From NCBI GenBank assembly GCA_039802605.1, contig JBDRWW010000002.1:245613-309612 (forward strand): DNA of 64,000 nt, read 5' to 3'. A program made the translations under genes and the position numbers. Within the stretch, counting starts at the first letter, position 1, and the number at the start of each line of letters is the position of its first letter. The notes under the pieces are model-generated. The model was not told the DNA's origin. It did no database searches and was given only the letters and a program-made list of their open reading frames with translations. Below, one piece after another: positions 10,947-20,973 of the stretch. This stretch comes from a candidate division WOR-3 bacterium (lineage in GTDB: Bacteria > Hydrothermota > Hydrothermia > LBFQ01).

Positions 10947-11237
10947 AACCCGATTATTTTATGGGGGAAACATTACCGAGTATATCATAAGTGATGCAGG
11001 ACACATCAAACGAAGTCTTCCACAGAAAATAAATAAATATACCTACTTCCACGGGGTGAGGTAAATGGTCGGGTGAAATGGCCCAAGATAGACCGTAGGG
11101 TAAATCTTGCACGGATATGCTTACCATTATTTTCCCGTCTTTTACCGGCAATTTATGTTATCGGCATAGTAAAGCCCTTACCCCGCAAGGGGGCGAAACC
11201 CTTTATGAGAGCATTCTACAATCGGGCTATATATGGA

Positions 11238-12353
11238 CTATTTTATCCTAACTATACCCCCGATATAGGTTTGAAAACCGTATCTCGTATTATACACCAC
11301 AGCGGGTAAGTATCCGCCTAAAGAGGAAAATATTGGAACACCCAATCCTATGGAAATGCCCATAGTGGTATCAACACCCCCAAAATCCGTAAATACCGAA
11401 ATACCAAACCCGCCGCTTACAAACCTTCCGATTATATCCGGAAACTCTTTTGCCAAAACCTTCCTCATCTCAAAAGAAACCAAGTACCTTGTTTTTCCCA
11501 CCACCCTACGCTTGGGTATTCCCCCCCTTAAAGCGTCATCCGTACCCATGAAGTTGGGTAAAAGGTATAAGGGTGGATATCCGAAAAGGTGGGTATATCC
11601 TCCGAAAATCACAAATGTTAAATCGTTCAAAGATTTAAAACCCTCATAGTAAAACTCAAACTTCCTCGCAACAAAATTTCCAAAATACTCATAAATCCCG
11701 CTTTTTAAGGTATAACCCCTTTGGGGATATAAAATCCAATCACGGGTATCTTTAAAAACGATTACGGAATTTTCGGAAAAAATATCCTCTATACCAAAGC
11801 TATCACTCTTAACCGAAACCCCCCTTATTTTCAACTGCATACGAAGATTTTCGGATAATTTCGTGTTATATACACCCTCTACCCATGTCTTGTGAATGGG
11901 TATTTGGTATATAAGACTATAATACCCAGAGGAACCTATGCCAAAGCCTACTGAGTTTTTAAAAAAACGGTAATTCGGAGTGTTCCACATTATTTCCCAA
12001 CTCCTCCGGGCCCCCATCATAAAGTATCCCGATAGGTTTTCACCATTGCCCCGAAAGTTTGTATGAATAACACCCAAGCCCAAGCTCAAACCCACATCAA
12101 AACTGTAATCTATTACCGGATAAGGCCATATATACCAAAACTCTTTGAGGAAAATATAGACGGTATCGTTTATAAGATCTACCTTTACATCCCTAAAAAG
12201 TTGGGTTTCCTCTATTCTCTTTTTTATCAAATCAAGGGGAACATCATTAACGCATTTACATGTATCGGCACCTATGACCCTTAACACAAAAGATTCCTTG
12301 GTGCGGACATTTCCCAAAACTTCAACATAATACGCGAAAATAACGGTTATCAT
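11238..12353 (-). CDS. Omp85/BamA-TamA family outer membrane protein (single POTRA + beta-barrel)
   Basis: POTRA-like start (VLGNVRTKESFV...LFRDV), NFRGNGE barrel motif, LRG loop, aromatic alternating strands. Confidence 0.7.
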   Translation of the reverse strand: MITVIFAYYVEVLGNVRTKESFVLRVIGADTCKCVNDVPLDLIKKRIEETQLFRDVKVDLINDTVYIFLKEFWYIWPYPVIDYSFDVGLSLGLGVIHTNFRGNGENLSGYFMMGARRSWEIMWNTPNYRFFKNSVGFGIGSSGYYSLIYQIPIHKTWVEGVYNTKLSENLRMQLKIRGVSVKSDSFGIEDIFSENSVIVFKDTRDWILYPQRGYTLKSGIYEYFGNFVARKFEFYYEGFKSLNDLTFVIFGGYTHLFGYPPLYLLPNFMGTDDALRGGIPKRRVVGKTRYLVSFEMRKVLAKEFPDIIGRFVSGGFGISVFTDFGGVDTTMGISIGLGVPIFSSLGGYLPAVVYNTRYGFQTYIGGIVRIK

Positions 12354-13075
12354 AGCGGGTTTATGTAATTAATTACAACTTCACAGGGGAAGTTTAGCCT
12401 TTTTATAATCCCATCGTACCCTTCCCTATTTAATGTAAAGAAGATTTCAACTTTTCCACCACCGGAGTTTTTCAGTTTTTTGGAAAAGAAATCGGCAAAA
12501 ATTTGTGAAATATCAATTATCTCTACATTTGGGCGGATCCTTTTTATAGTTTCCTTCAAAGCGGTATAGTGGGTACATGCTAAAAGGAGTGTGTATTCAT
12601 CCCTTGGGAGAAGGGAATTTATATAATTTTCAACGATTTCCCCCTCCCAAATTCCGCCTTCAACGAATTCGGCCAGCTTTGGTGTGGATATTCCTCTGGC
12701 ATTCAAAATTTGCTGATAATAACCGGATTTAATTGTGGCCTCTGTGCCTATTACGATTAGGTTATCCCTATATATGTTTAATTCCCCAATCCATTCGGTT
12801 ATTAGAAATGTTGGGACATTTGATATGGCTTTTAAATCGTTTCCAACAACCGTTGAAAGGGTATTACAGGCAACAACTATCATATCAGCGCCTTTGCTTA
12901 TAAGAAATTTTATCCCCTTTCTCCCGATAACGAGTAATTCCTCTTTACTCTTATTACCATATGGAAAGTTGGCCAAATCACCGAGATACACCACATCAAA
13001 ACACCCCTTTATCCTAAAAACCTCCCTCAAAACCATTAAACCACCTACGCCGGAATCGTAAAAACCTATTTTCAC
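12350..13075 (-). CDS. murI: Glutamate racemase
   Basis: DSGVGG, PYG, ACNT, ACTHY motifs. Confidence 0.93.
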   Translation of the reverse strand: MKIGFYDSGVGGLMVLREVFRIKGCFDVVYLGDLANFPYGNKSKEELLVIGRKGIKFLISKGADMIVVACNTLSTVVGNDLKAISNVPTFLITEWIGELNIYRDNLIVIGTEATIKSGYYQQILNARGISTPKLAEFVEGGIWEGEIVENYINSLLPRDEYTLLLACTHYTALKETIKRIRPNVEIIDISQIFADFFSKKLKNSGGGKVEIFFTLNREGYDGIIKRLNFPCEVVINYINPL

Positions 13076-13506
13076 AGTTTAATAATTATATTAACCGGCC
13101 CATCGTTTTCGGATTGGATTATCATATGATCCCTAAAAACCCCCGTTTTCAAGGGTATTTCCCCTTTTAACATCTCGTATAGTTTATCAAAAAGTTTGGA
13201 CGCCTCTTCCGGATTCAACGCGTTATCAAAAGAGGGTCTGTTTCCCTTCTGGGCATTCCCCGCCAAGGTGAAGTTTGGTACAAGCATAATTTCACCCCCT
13301 ATATCCTTTACGGATAGGTTCATTTTCCCATTTTCATCCTCAAATATGCGTAAGTTCAAAATTTTCCTTATACCTTTTTCCAAAACCCCTTCATTATCCC
13401 CCCTTTCAAAACCCACATAAACCAATATACCCTTACCGATACCCTCTTCTTTTCCGGAAGAACAACTAACCCTCGCCCAATTCACCCTTTGAACCAAAAT
13501 AGTCAT
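13072..13506 (-). CDS. dtd: D-aminoacyl-tRNA deacylase
   Basis: VQRV, LRIFED..GKMN, GNRPSF, NDGPV. Confidence 0.95.
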   Translation of the reverse strand: MTILVQRVNWARVSCSSGKEEGIGKGILVYVGFERGDNEGVLEKGIRKILNLRIFEDENGKMNLSVKDIGGEIMLVPNFTLAGNAQKGNRPSFDNALNPEEASKLFDKLYEMLKGEIPLKTGVFRDHMIIQSENDGPVNIIIKL

Positions 13507-14003
13507 TTATTCCCCTTGGGTTTCAATATAAAATAAACCCTTTTGTCTTCAACAACCGGATCCCTTTCGGGTGTTGATATATCCCCTAACATATCTATAA
13601 CCCTTTTTGCCAAGTCTTCCGCTAAATGCGAATAAAGCGCCTGCCTTCCCTTCATACGGATTTCAATTAGGACCTTGTTTCCTTTTTCTAAAAATTCCCG
13701 AATTTTTTTAACCTTGACCATTAGGTCGTGTTCCCCTATGTTCGGAGACATCTCTATTTCCCTCATAGTAGGGGTTTTAGACTTTTGCTTTTCCTTCTTC
13801 TTTTGCTGATATAGGAACTTTCCGTAATCCATTATCCTTACAACTGGGGGTGATGCGTTTGGGGCTACCTCTACAAGGTCCAAACCATACTCATCCGCAA
13901 GGGATAAGGCCTCTTTTATGCCCATAACCCCCAAATTCCTACCATCCGGACCTATCACCTGAACCCTCGGCGCTTTAATCTGCTCGTTAACCCTGTAATT
14001 CAT
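13503..14003 (-). CDS. infC: Translation initiation factor IF-3
   Basis: NEQI...LDLVEVAPNASPPVVRIMDYGKF; ATG start with GGAGG SD. Confidence 0.95.
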   Translation of the reverse strand: MNYRVNEQIKAPRVQVIGPDGRNLGVMGIKEALSLADEYGLDLVEVAPNASPPVVRIMDYGKFLYQQKKKEKQKSKTPTMREIEMSPNIGEHDLMVKVKKIREFLEKGNKVLIEIRMKGRQALYSHLAEDLAKRVIDMLGDISTPERDPVVEDKRVYFILKPKGNK

Positions 14004-14004
14004 C

Positions 14005-15258
14005 TTACCTCCCCTTTTCCTTATCCAAAAACTCCCTTATACCTTCCGCGATCGCCTTTGCTATCCTTTTTTGATAGTCTTTACTTGCCAATTTTTCCAC
14101 CTCCTTTTTATTGGTTATAAAGCCAATTTCTATTAAAACCGATGGCATACCTACCCATTTTAAAACATAAAAACCCGCCTGTTTTAACCCCCTATCCTTT
14201 GACAGCTTATACTCAATGGCTTTTCCGTGTATATATCCGGCGAGTTTATAGGATTGTTCCAAAAGTAGGGTTTGTATTAAATCCCCGACAATTATTCCCA
14301 CCTCATCCGTAGGGTTCAGATTACCCAAATCGTATTTAACAGCCGAGTTTTCGAGCAAAGCCACCGCCCTTTCCTCGGATGTTCTGCTCTCGGATAAGAA
14401 ATATGTTTCCAATCCATCCGCCCCATTGTCTATACTGGCATTACAATGGATACTTACAAATAAATCCGCACCGCTTCTATTTGCAATCCTCGCCCTTTTT
14501 GATAGGGGTACATATTCATCCCCTTCACGGGTTAGTATAACCTTATACCCATAACCTTTTAGGATATTTGCCAGTTCCAAAGCGACGGCCAAGTTTATAT
14601 CCTTTTCCTTATAACCGTTGGCCACGGCTCCGGCATCCTTTCCCCCATGTCCCGGGTCTATAACGATTACGGGCAATCCCCCTGTTTTCAAAGTTTTTAT
14701 GGGATATATGGTAATGGTGATACCGTCATCCCCTTTATACACGGAAGATTTACCCGCCCCAAATCCCAAATGTATTATAAATTTCGTGTTTGTCTTCGTA
14801 TGCAATATATCAACTACGCTTACAAACTTTCCATCACCGAGTACCTTTCTGTATTTCCCGTAAAGCCCATTAACATTCACAACTATGCTATCTTCATATA
14901 AATTAACATCAAAATCCTTGCCCCCTTTTATGGTAATACGGTAAGTGGTATCAACTGCCCCCATAAGGAGATTCTTTATTGTGGGTTCTGCGATAAAAAG
15001 CCTTTCACCCTCTACATCCCAAAAAACATTTAACCCCATATTGAAAAGCACGGGGGCCAATTCATCACCCTTAAATCTGATCACATTTGAAGTATCAATA
15101 CTTAGGGGGAAAACCTTTTTGCCTATAAACGCCAATCCGCTATCCGTTATAATGGCAGAAGAACCTTTATAAACTATTCTGTTTTTTTCAACCCTTACGC
15201 CAAACCCCTTTAACTCCTCAATGCCAACCCAAACATCCGTCAAAACCATCAAAATCAT
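14005..15258 (-). CDS. N-acetylmuramoyl-L-alanine amidase (Amidase_3, AmiC-like)
   Basis: IDPGHGGKD, EK, FVSIHCN, PSVLIEIGF. Confidence 0.9.
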   Translation of the reverse strand: MILMVLTDVWVGIEELKGFGVRVEKNRIVYKGSSAIITDSGLAFIGKKVFPLSIDTSNVIRFKGDELAPVLFNMGLNVFWDVEGERLFIAEPTIKNLLMGAVDTTYRITIKGGKDFDVNLYEDSIVVNVNGLYGKYRKVLGDGKFVSVVDILHTKTNTKFIIHLGFGAGKSSVYKGDDGITITIYPIKTLKTGGLPVIVIDPGHGGKDAGAVANGYKEKDINLAVALELANILKGYGYKVILTREGDEYVPLSKRARIANRSGADLFVSIHCNASIDNGADGLETYFLSESRTSEERAVALLENSAVKYDLGNLNPTDEVGIIVGDLIQTLLLEQSYKLAGYIHGKAIEYKLSKDRGLKQAGFYVLKWVGMPSVLIEIGFITNKKEVEKLASKDYQKRIAKAIAEGIREFLDKEKGR

Positions 15259-16142
15259 ATCTCGTAATATACCCTCTTTTCTATGAAAATTTTTTGTACC
15301 AATGTTAATATTCCAACTACGAATAATAGGGCAATTGCCACGGCAGAGGCATATCCTATGTTAAAATCCTCAACGCCCTTTTGGTAAAGGTAATACACCA
15401 AAACATTTGTGGTTCCAAGGGGTCCCCCGGGTGGCGGTCCGGTCATAACCCAGATGGGCGCAAAAACCTGAAAGGATGTTATGAAACTCGTGATATATAC
15501 ATAGAACAACGAGGGGGATAAAAGGGGTAAGGTTATATCTTTAAAAACCCTCCAAGAATTCGCCCCGTCTATCTCGGCGGCCTCATAAACGCTTTTGTCT
15601 ATGGATTTTAGGCCGGCGTAAAGTATTAGCGTATTATATCCAAAGCTCTTCCATATTGACATGATTACAACGGATAACAGGGCCAAAGATGGGCCATATC
15701 CAAAAAATATACCGCGATGTTCCTGCAGCCATTTTAGGGGCTCTAATCCAAAGACCATAAGCAAATAGTTTAAAAAGCCCGATGAAGGGTTATATATCCA
15801 CTTCCAAACTATGGACGCCGGAATCAGGGATATTACAACCGGTATAAAAACAACAAACTTTATGACCCCACCTATCCTTGAATTGAGCATAATTGATGCC
15901 ACACCAAGTGATAGGATTATACTTATGGAGATGCTGAGCAAAGAGTACCAGAAGGTATTAACCAGAGCATTCCAAAAGAAGGGATCGTTAATGAGCTTTA
16001 AGTAGTTTTCAAAACCCACCCATTTCTCAAACCCTATTAAGCCCCATTTTTGAAAAGAGTTTATAAAAACCATAAAGGATGGTATAAACCGGAAAATACC
16101 CAAAACGAGTAATGCGGGCAATAGGAACAAAACTACTGCCAT
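15255..16142 (-). CDS. Carbohydrate ABC transporter permease (MalF/UgpA-like)
   Basis: [14 protein letters not shown] (EAA loop), ITLPLL. Confidence 0.88.
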   Translation of the reverse strand: MAVVLFLLPALLVLGIFRFIPSFMVFINSFQKWGLIGFEKWVGFENYLKLINDPFFWNALVNTFWYSLLSISISIILSLGVASIMLNSRIGGVIKFVVFIPVVISLIPASIVWKWIYNPSSGFLNYLLMVFGLEPLKWLQEHRGIFFGYGPSLALLSVVIMSIWKSFGYNTLILYAGLKSIDKSVYEAAEIDGANSWRVFKDITLPLLSPSLFYVYITSFITSFQVFAPIWVMTGPPPGGPLGTTNVLVYYLYQKGVEDFNIGYASAVAIALLFVVGILTLVQKIFIEKRVYYEI

Positions 16143-16975
16143 CTGAACTTACCGTATTTCGACCTCAAATAAATGGCCAATAAGTTTAGGGCGAATGTTA
16201 GACAGAGCAGGACAACAATTCCCGCTGCGGCGTTTATTGCGAATTCTTTTTGAGGTCTGGATACCCAATTAAAGATCTGAATGGGTAAAACCGTGAAGGG
16301 ATCAAAAATACTTCCGGGTATGAATGCTATAAAGGTTAGGGCACCTATGGTAATTAAGGGTGCGGTTTCACCCAACGCCCGAGAAATTGCCAAAATCGTA
16401 CCCGTTAATATTCCGGGTAATGCCGCTGGTAAAACTTGGTAAAATACCGTTTGCCATTTTGCGGCACCCAACGCATAAGAGGCTTCCTTTATGCTTTCGG
16501 GAACCGTTCTTATCGCCTCACGGGAGGATATAACTATTATGGGTAGAACCAACAAGGATAGCGTTAAAGCTCCTGCTATTATACTCCTTCCAAGTCCCAT
16601 TAATCTAACAAAAATTTCCAAACCCAAAAGGCCATAGATTATTGAAGGGACCCCGGCAAGGTTTGATATGTTGATTTCCAAAATTTCCGTAAATAAATTC
16701 TTTGGGGCGTACTCTTCAAGATACACTGCGGTTAAAACTCCTAGGGGGAAAGATATAGCGGCCGTTAATATACCTATCCATATAGAGCCAACCAAAGCGG
16801 GTAAAATACCCGCATGTTCGGGAAACCTTGATGGGTAAGATGTTAAAAACTTTATACCCAAACGGGGTAAAGCGTCTATAAATACATCTACAATTAAAAC
16901 CACCAAAACCCCCAACGCAAAATATGTTAAAAATAAACCCGCTAACATTAAAAAGGTATCACCCCACTTTCTCAA
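16133..16975 (-). CDS. pstA: Phosphate ABC transporter permease PstA
   Basis: [36 protein letters not shown]. Confidence 0.92.
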   Translation of the reverse strand: MRKWGDTFLMLAGLFLTYFALGVLVVLIVDVFIDALPRLGIKFLTSYPSRFPEHAGILPALVGSIWIGILTAAISFPLGVLTAVYLEEYAPKNLFTEILEINISNLAGVPSIIYGLLGLEIFVRLMGLGRSIIAGALTLSLLVLPIIVISSREAIRTVPESIKEASYALGAAKWQTVFYQVLPAALPGILTGTILAISRALGETAPLITIGALTFIAFIPGSIFDPFTVLPIQIFNWVSRPQKEFAINAAAGIVVLLCLTFALNLLAIYLRSKYGKFRWQ

Positions 16976-17044
16976 AGGAGGATATTATAAACTTGAAAAC
17001 TTTTCTAGAAAGCAATGGATAACACCCTTAGAATTCACACCTCA

Positions 17045-18517
17045 ATGGAAGTTTTGTTATACGCCTATTTTGCCCTTTTGATGGTTTTCACATTAATATC
17101 AATGCGTTATTTGTATATTATCGTTGGGTATTTCGTAAATAGACACTCTTGGGTGCTAAAACCCCAACCTTTAAAAAGGTTTCCCAAAGTATGCGTGCAA
17201 CTTCCCGTATTTAACGAACCCTTCGTTGTGGAGAGGATAATAAGGGCCTCAACCCGTATAAAATGGCCAAAGGACAAGCTGGAAATACAGGTTTTGGACG
17301 ATTCAACCGATGAAACCCCGGTTATTGCCGCTAAGGTAGTAGAAGAGTTGAGAAGGGAGGGATTTAATATAAAACACATTAGGAGGGAAAATAGGGAAGG
17401 TTTTAAGGCGGGCGCTTTAAAATACGGTATGGAATTGACGGATGCAGAGTACTTCGCAATATTTGATGCAGACTTTTTGCCTCCGGAAAATTTCCTCCTG
17501 AAGACCATCCCATTTCTTGAAAACGACCCAAAATTGGGAGCGGTTCAAACCAGATGGGAGTTTATAAACGGTGATGAAAACTTATTTACAAGGGCTCAAA
17601 GGTTTATGTTGAACTTGCATTTTATACTCGAACAATTCGTTAGGAGTAGGGAGGGGTTATGGCTAACATTTAACGGGACGGCGGGGGTTTTGAAGAGGTC
17701 GGCCTTGGAATGGGTGGGGAATTGGGAAACAGACACCCTTACGGAAGATGCGGATCTCTCTTTCAGGCTTTATAAGAAGGGTTATAAAATCCTTTACCTT
17801 CCCGATATAGTTTGTTTCTCCGAATTGCCGAATTCCCCCTTGGCCTTTAAGGCACAGCAGAAGAGGTGGGCAAAGGGTGGAGTCCAGGTTTTCAAAAAGT
17901 TTTATAAGGACATCTTTATGGGTAATATACCCTTTGCTTGGAAAATAGAATTCCTCTTCCAAACCGTAGGTAATTTGGGTTATCCATTGGGTATGTTCTT
18001 GGTAGGTTTGCTTCCAAGCATTTTATACTTAAAATTTAAGGGATATGCACCGGAGCTGTTCTTCTTTATGGGAATATTGTCGGTAATCGACTTGTCAATA
18101 GTTTGGGGGGCATTCTCGTTGGCAAACTATCATTATAGGAAATATTGGGGAGATGTGTTATTTGCACCCTTGGGCATGGCCTTAATAGGCGCTTTGACCA
18201 TAAACAACACTATGGCTATAATAGAGGGTTTATTCGGTAAAGAAAATGTCTTTGAGAGAACGCCAAAAGCGGGGGATAAGGGGATACCGGTGAACAGGGA
18301 TATAAGCAAAAAGGTTTCGGTATCAAAACCTGAAATCTTTTGGGGCCTTTATTTGATTTTCATTTCAATACTTTCGGTGTTTATAAACCAGTTAATACTG
18401 GGCGTAACCCTAGGTGTTTCGGGATTTGGCCTTTTGTGGCTTGGAACTTCCAGTTATCTTGAAATCCTTGGATATGAATTGCCCGATGTGGTCCTTAACG
18501 AGCAAGCCGAGACTTGA
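17045..18517 (+). CDS. Processive GT2 glycosyltransferase (cellulose synthase-like)
   Basis: QLPVFNE, DDS, GFKAGAL, DAD, TED and QQKRW (QxxRW); start put at ATG 17045, 10 nt after TAGAAT. Confidence 0.88.
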   Translation: MEVLLYAYFALLMVFTLISMRYLYIIVGYFVNRHSWVLKPQPLKRFPKVCVQLPVFNEPFVVERIIRASTRIKWPKDKLEIQVLDDSTDETPVIAAKVVEELRREGFNIKHIRRENREGFKAGALKYGMELTDAEYFAIFDADFLPPENFLLKTIPFLENDPKLGAVQTRWEFINGDENLFTRAQRFMLNLHFILEQFVRSREGLWLTFNGTAGVLKRSALEWVGNWETDTLTEDADLSFRLYKKGYKILYLPDIVCFSELPNSPLAFKAQQKRWAKGGVQVFKKFYKDIFMGNIPFAWKIEFLFQTVGNLGYPLGMFLVGLLPSILYLKFKGYAPELFFFMGILSVIDLSIVWGAFSLANYHYRKYWGDVLFAPLGMALIGALTINNTMAIIEGLFGKENVFERTPKAGDKGIPVNRDISKKVSVSKPEIFWGLYLIFISILSVFINQLILGVTLGVSGFGLLWLGTSSYLEILGYELPDVVLNEQAET

Positions 18518-19711
18518 CATGACAAACCATTGAAAGTTCGGGTATAGGAAGGAACTCGTTGTTAAACCACCAACATAGGAAAACACCACGGCCGATGTAA
18601 GATAAAATATTTTCTCGCTTTTTGACCTAAACAACAAATAAATAACAAATGCGCTCCAAATGGAAAACACTATTGCCCCCAATATCCCGTAATCAAAAAG
18701 GAATACCAAAAACAGGTTATGCAAAAATAAACCCATAGGCTTACCAACTATGCTAACACCAAAAAACCTTTGTATGGGATCCAAAGCCATAAACCTTTGC
18801 AAACCAATAGTCCATAACTGTATTCTCCCGTTTAGGGATTCCGGATCCGTTCCCAATCCCCTTTCAGAAAACCTTAGGACTATCTCATCCATGTTCCTAA
18901 GGATAAATATCGCGGAGCCCAACAAAACCCACCTTGAAAAATTACCACCCCTTATTGCCGTTATTAACAATACCAAAAAGGCGCTTGTCCATAACGCCCT
19001 CGTATAAGTCTTGTACAAAAGGTATGTGGATAATACAAATAAAACGAGTTCGGGTATAGATATCCTTTTGTTCAACCTGTAAATTAATATTGACCACATG
19101 GGAACGAGTTCAAAGCCAAACGCCGTAGCATCGTAATAAACCGCCTTTAACCTTCTCAACTCCTCTTCGTGAAAGGCATCTTGAATGAAACCCATTAAGG
19201 CTAAAATTCCGGTAATTGTTGGGTATATTCCCGATAGTATGAAGGCGGTTTCAATTGCTTTTTCCTCACTTTGGTTGGATTCCCTAGCCAACCAATAAAA
19301 GCCCCATCCAGATAAGAGCCTAAATACGGATTCAAATGTAGGCATTCCCGGTGCAAAAATTAAAGGGGCGGGAATGAGGATTAACATTAGGATATTTATG
19401 TAATCAAATGCCGTTATGGGTTTGGTTAATCTCCTGTTGACAAATATATAAAAAAACCAGACCAATGTGGCATATACGGAAGTGATTTGGGTTATTTTTA
19501 AAGGGCCTATGTAAAGTTCGTAGTATGCATCAATTACGGGTTTCAATATGTTTAAAACCAAAAAGGCGTAAAAGGGATAGGATATAGTAAGAAAAACTAT
19601 TGTGGCAAAGGCCAAAGGTGCAACGCTTTTTACAATTCCAAAATTTATAACTATTATTGTAAAAACCGCCGCCAAGATTGCCGGAAATATTATCCAGAAC
19701 CAACCTTCCAA
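18410..19711 (-). CDS. O-antigen ligase/polymerase-like membrane protein
   Basis: Multi-TM; TYTR, GRIQLW, HNLFL...GILG (Wzy_C-like motifs). Confidence 0.7.
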   Translation of the reverse strand: MEGWFWIIFPAILAAVFTIIVINFGIVKSVAPLAFATIVFLTISYPFYAFLVLNILKPVIDAYYELYIGPLKITQITSVYATLVWFFYIFVNRRLTKPITAFDYINILMLILIPAPLIFAPGMPTFESVFRLLSGWGFYWLARESNQSEEKAIETAFILSGIYPTITGILALMGFIQDAFHEEELRRLKAVYYDATAFGFELVPMWSILIYRLNKRISIPELVLFVLSTYLLYKTYTRALWTSAFLVLLITAIRGGNFSRWVLLGSAIFILRNMDEIVLRFSERGLGTDPESLNGRIQLWTIGLQRFMALDPIQRFFGVSIVGKPMGLFLHNLFLVFLFDYGILGAIVFSIWSAFVIYLLFRSKSEKIFYLTSAVVFSYVGGLTTSSFLYPNFQWFVMSSLGLLVKDHIGQFISKDFKITGSSKPQKAKSRNT

Positions 19712-20616
19712 ATTCCCCTCTCCGAGATTATAAAATCTACCAAATCCGGAGGCGTTATATCAAACGCAAAGTATAAGTAATCCTCCCTCGGTATATCCCC
19801 CCTCCTCTCCACCTCCATATCCTCTGAGAATTTTCTTTCATCAAAGGTTGTTGATGGAGCGGCTACAACAAATGGAATACCAAACCTTTTGCACGCCAGC
19901 GCTATACTCAGTGTCCCTATTTTATTGAAGATATAAAAATCTTTGGTTATCCTATCCGCACCAACTATGGCCAGATCAACATAACCCCTTGAAATTAAAA
20001 ACGGCATGTGGTTATCCGGGACAACTTTGTAGGGAATGCCCTCCATTTTCAACTCATAAGCGGTTAGTCTTGCCCCTTGCATATAAGGGGATGTTTCACC
20101 GACGAAAACCTCTTTTACAAGGCCTTTTCTATAAGCGAGTTTTATTATTCCCAAGGCCGTACCCAATCCAACCGTGGCCAATGAACCCGTATTACAATAG
20201 GTTAATACCCTTTTGGGTTTTTCAAAAAGTAATAGTCCGTATTCCGCTATTCTTTCGTTTATCTCCCTTTCCCTGTTTTCAACCTTTTTCGCAAACCCGT
20301 AAAGTTCTTGGGGTTTTGCACCGTTTTTTAGTAATTCTCTTGCCTCTTCCAAAACATTGTGGAGGTTTACACCCGTTGGCCTCGATTCCTTTAAAACTTT
20401 CCAAGCCTCTTGAATCGTATCCGGGGAACGCAGGGAATGTATATACAAGCAGTATGCGGCAAAAACTGCTATTATAGGGGCTCCCCTAATCGCCATATCC
20501 TTTATAACCCTGGCGCCCTCAAAGGCATCACAAACCTCTATCCAAACCTCCCTATCCGGTAAGAGCCTTTGATCTAAAACCTCTAAGCGATCACCCTTTA
20601 ACCTAAAAGGCTCCAT
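19690..20616 (-). CDS. mtnA: Methylthioribose-1-phosphate isomerase
   Basis: LDQRLLP, IRGAP, SRPT.VNL, CNTGSLAT, QGARLTA.EL, GADRI, NKIGT. Confidence 0.92.
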   Translation of the reverse strand: MEPFRLKGDRLEVLDQRLLPDREVWIEVCDAFEGARVIKDMAIRGAPIIAVFAAYCLYIHSLRSPDTIQEAWKVLKESRPTGVNLHNVLEEARELLKNGAKPQELYGFAKKVENREREINERIAEYGLLLFEKPKRVLTYCNTGSLATVGLGTALGIIKLAYRKGLVKEVFVGETSPYMQGARLTAYELKMEGIPYKVVPDNHMPFLISRGYVDLAIVGADRITKDFYIFNKIGTLSIALACKRFGIPFVVAAPSTTFDERKFSEDMEVERRGDIPREDYLYFAFDITPPDLVDFIISERGIWKVGSG

Positions 20617-20970
20617 TTACATGATTTCAACATCCGATAGTATTAGGGATTTATTCCCGGGTTTTACATTTATTATTGTGGGCTTTCTTCCAATACCCCG
20701 TGTTGGAAGCATTTCCGCATCTTCTATGCGGTTTATGTCAATCACTATTGTGTGTTTCCCGGGTTCGTATGTAAAGGTCTTCTCCCAGTACTCCCCATCC
20801 TTCCAGAACCTAACCTTTACGGTGAATTTACCCTCGGATTGGGCTGAAAACCTAAAAACCCTATAATCTGCGGGGATTTCTTTATAAACCTCTTCGTTTG
20901 CAACAAACATATTACCCCTGCCTTCAAGGGGTGCTCCGTTTAAAGAAATCCATCCTATTAACCAAAACAT
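20617..20970 (-). CDS. Hypothetical secreted beta-rich protein
   Basis: 117 aa ORF tightly packed in the operon; short hydrophobic N-terminus. Confidence 0.6.
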   Translation of the reverse strand: MFWLIGWISLNGAPLEGRGNMFVANEEVYKEIPADYRVFRFSAQSEGKFTVKVRFWKDGEYWEKTFTYEPGKHTIVIDINRIEDAEMLPTRGIGRKPTIINVKPGNKSLILSDVEIM

Positions 20971-20973
20971 ACT

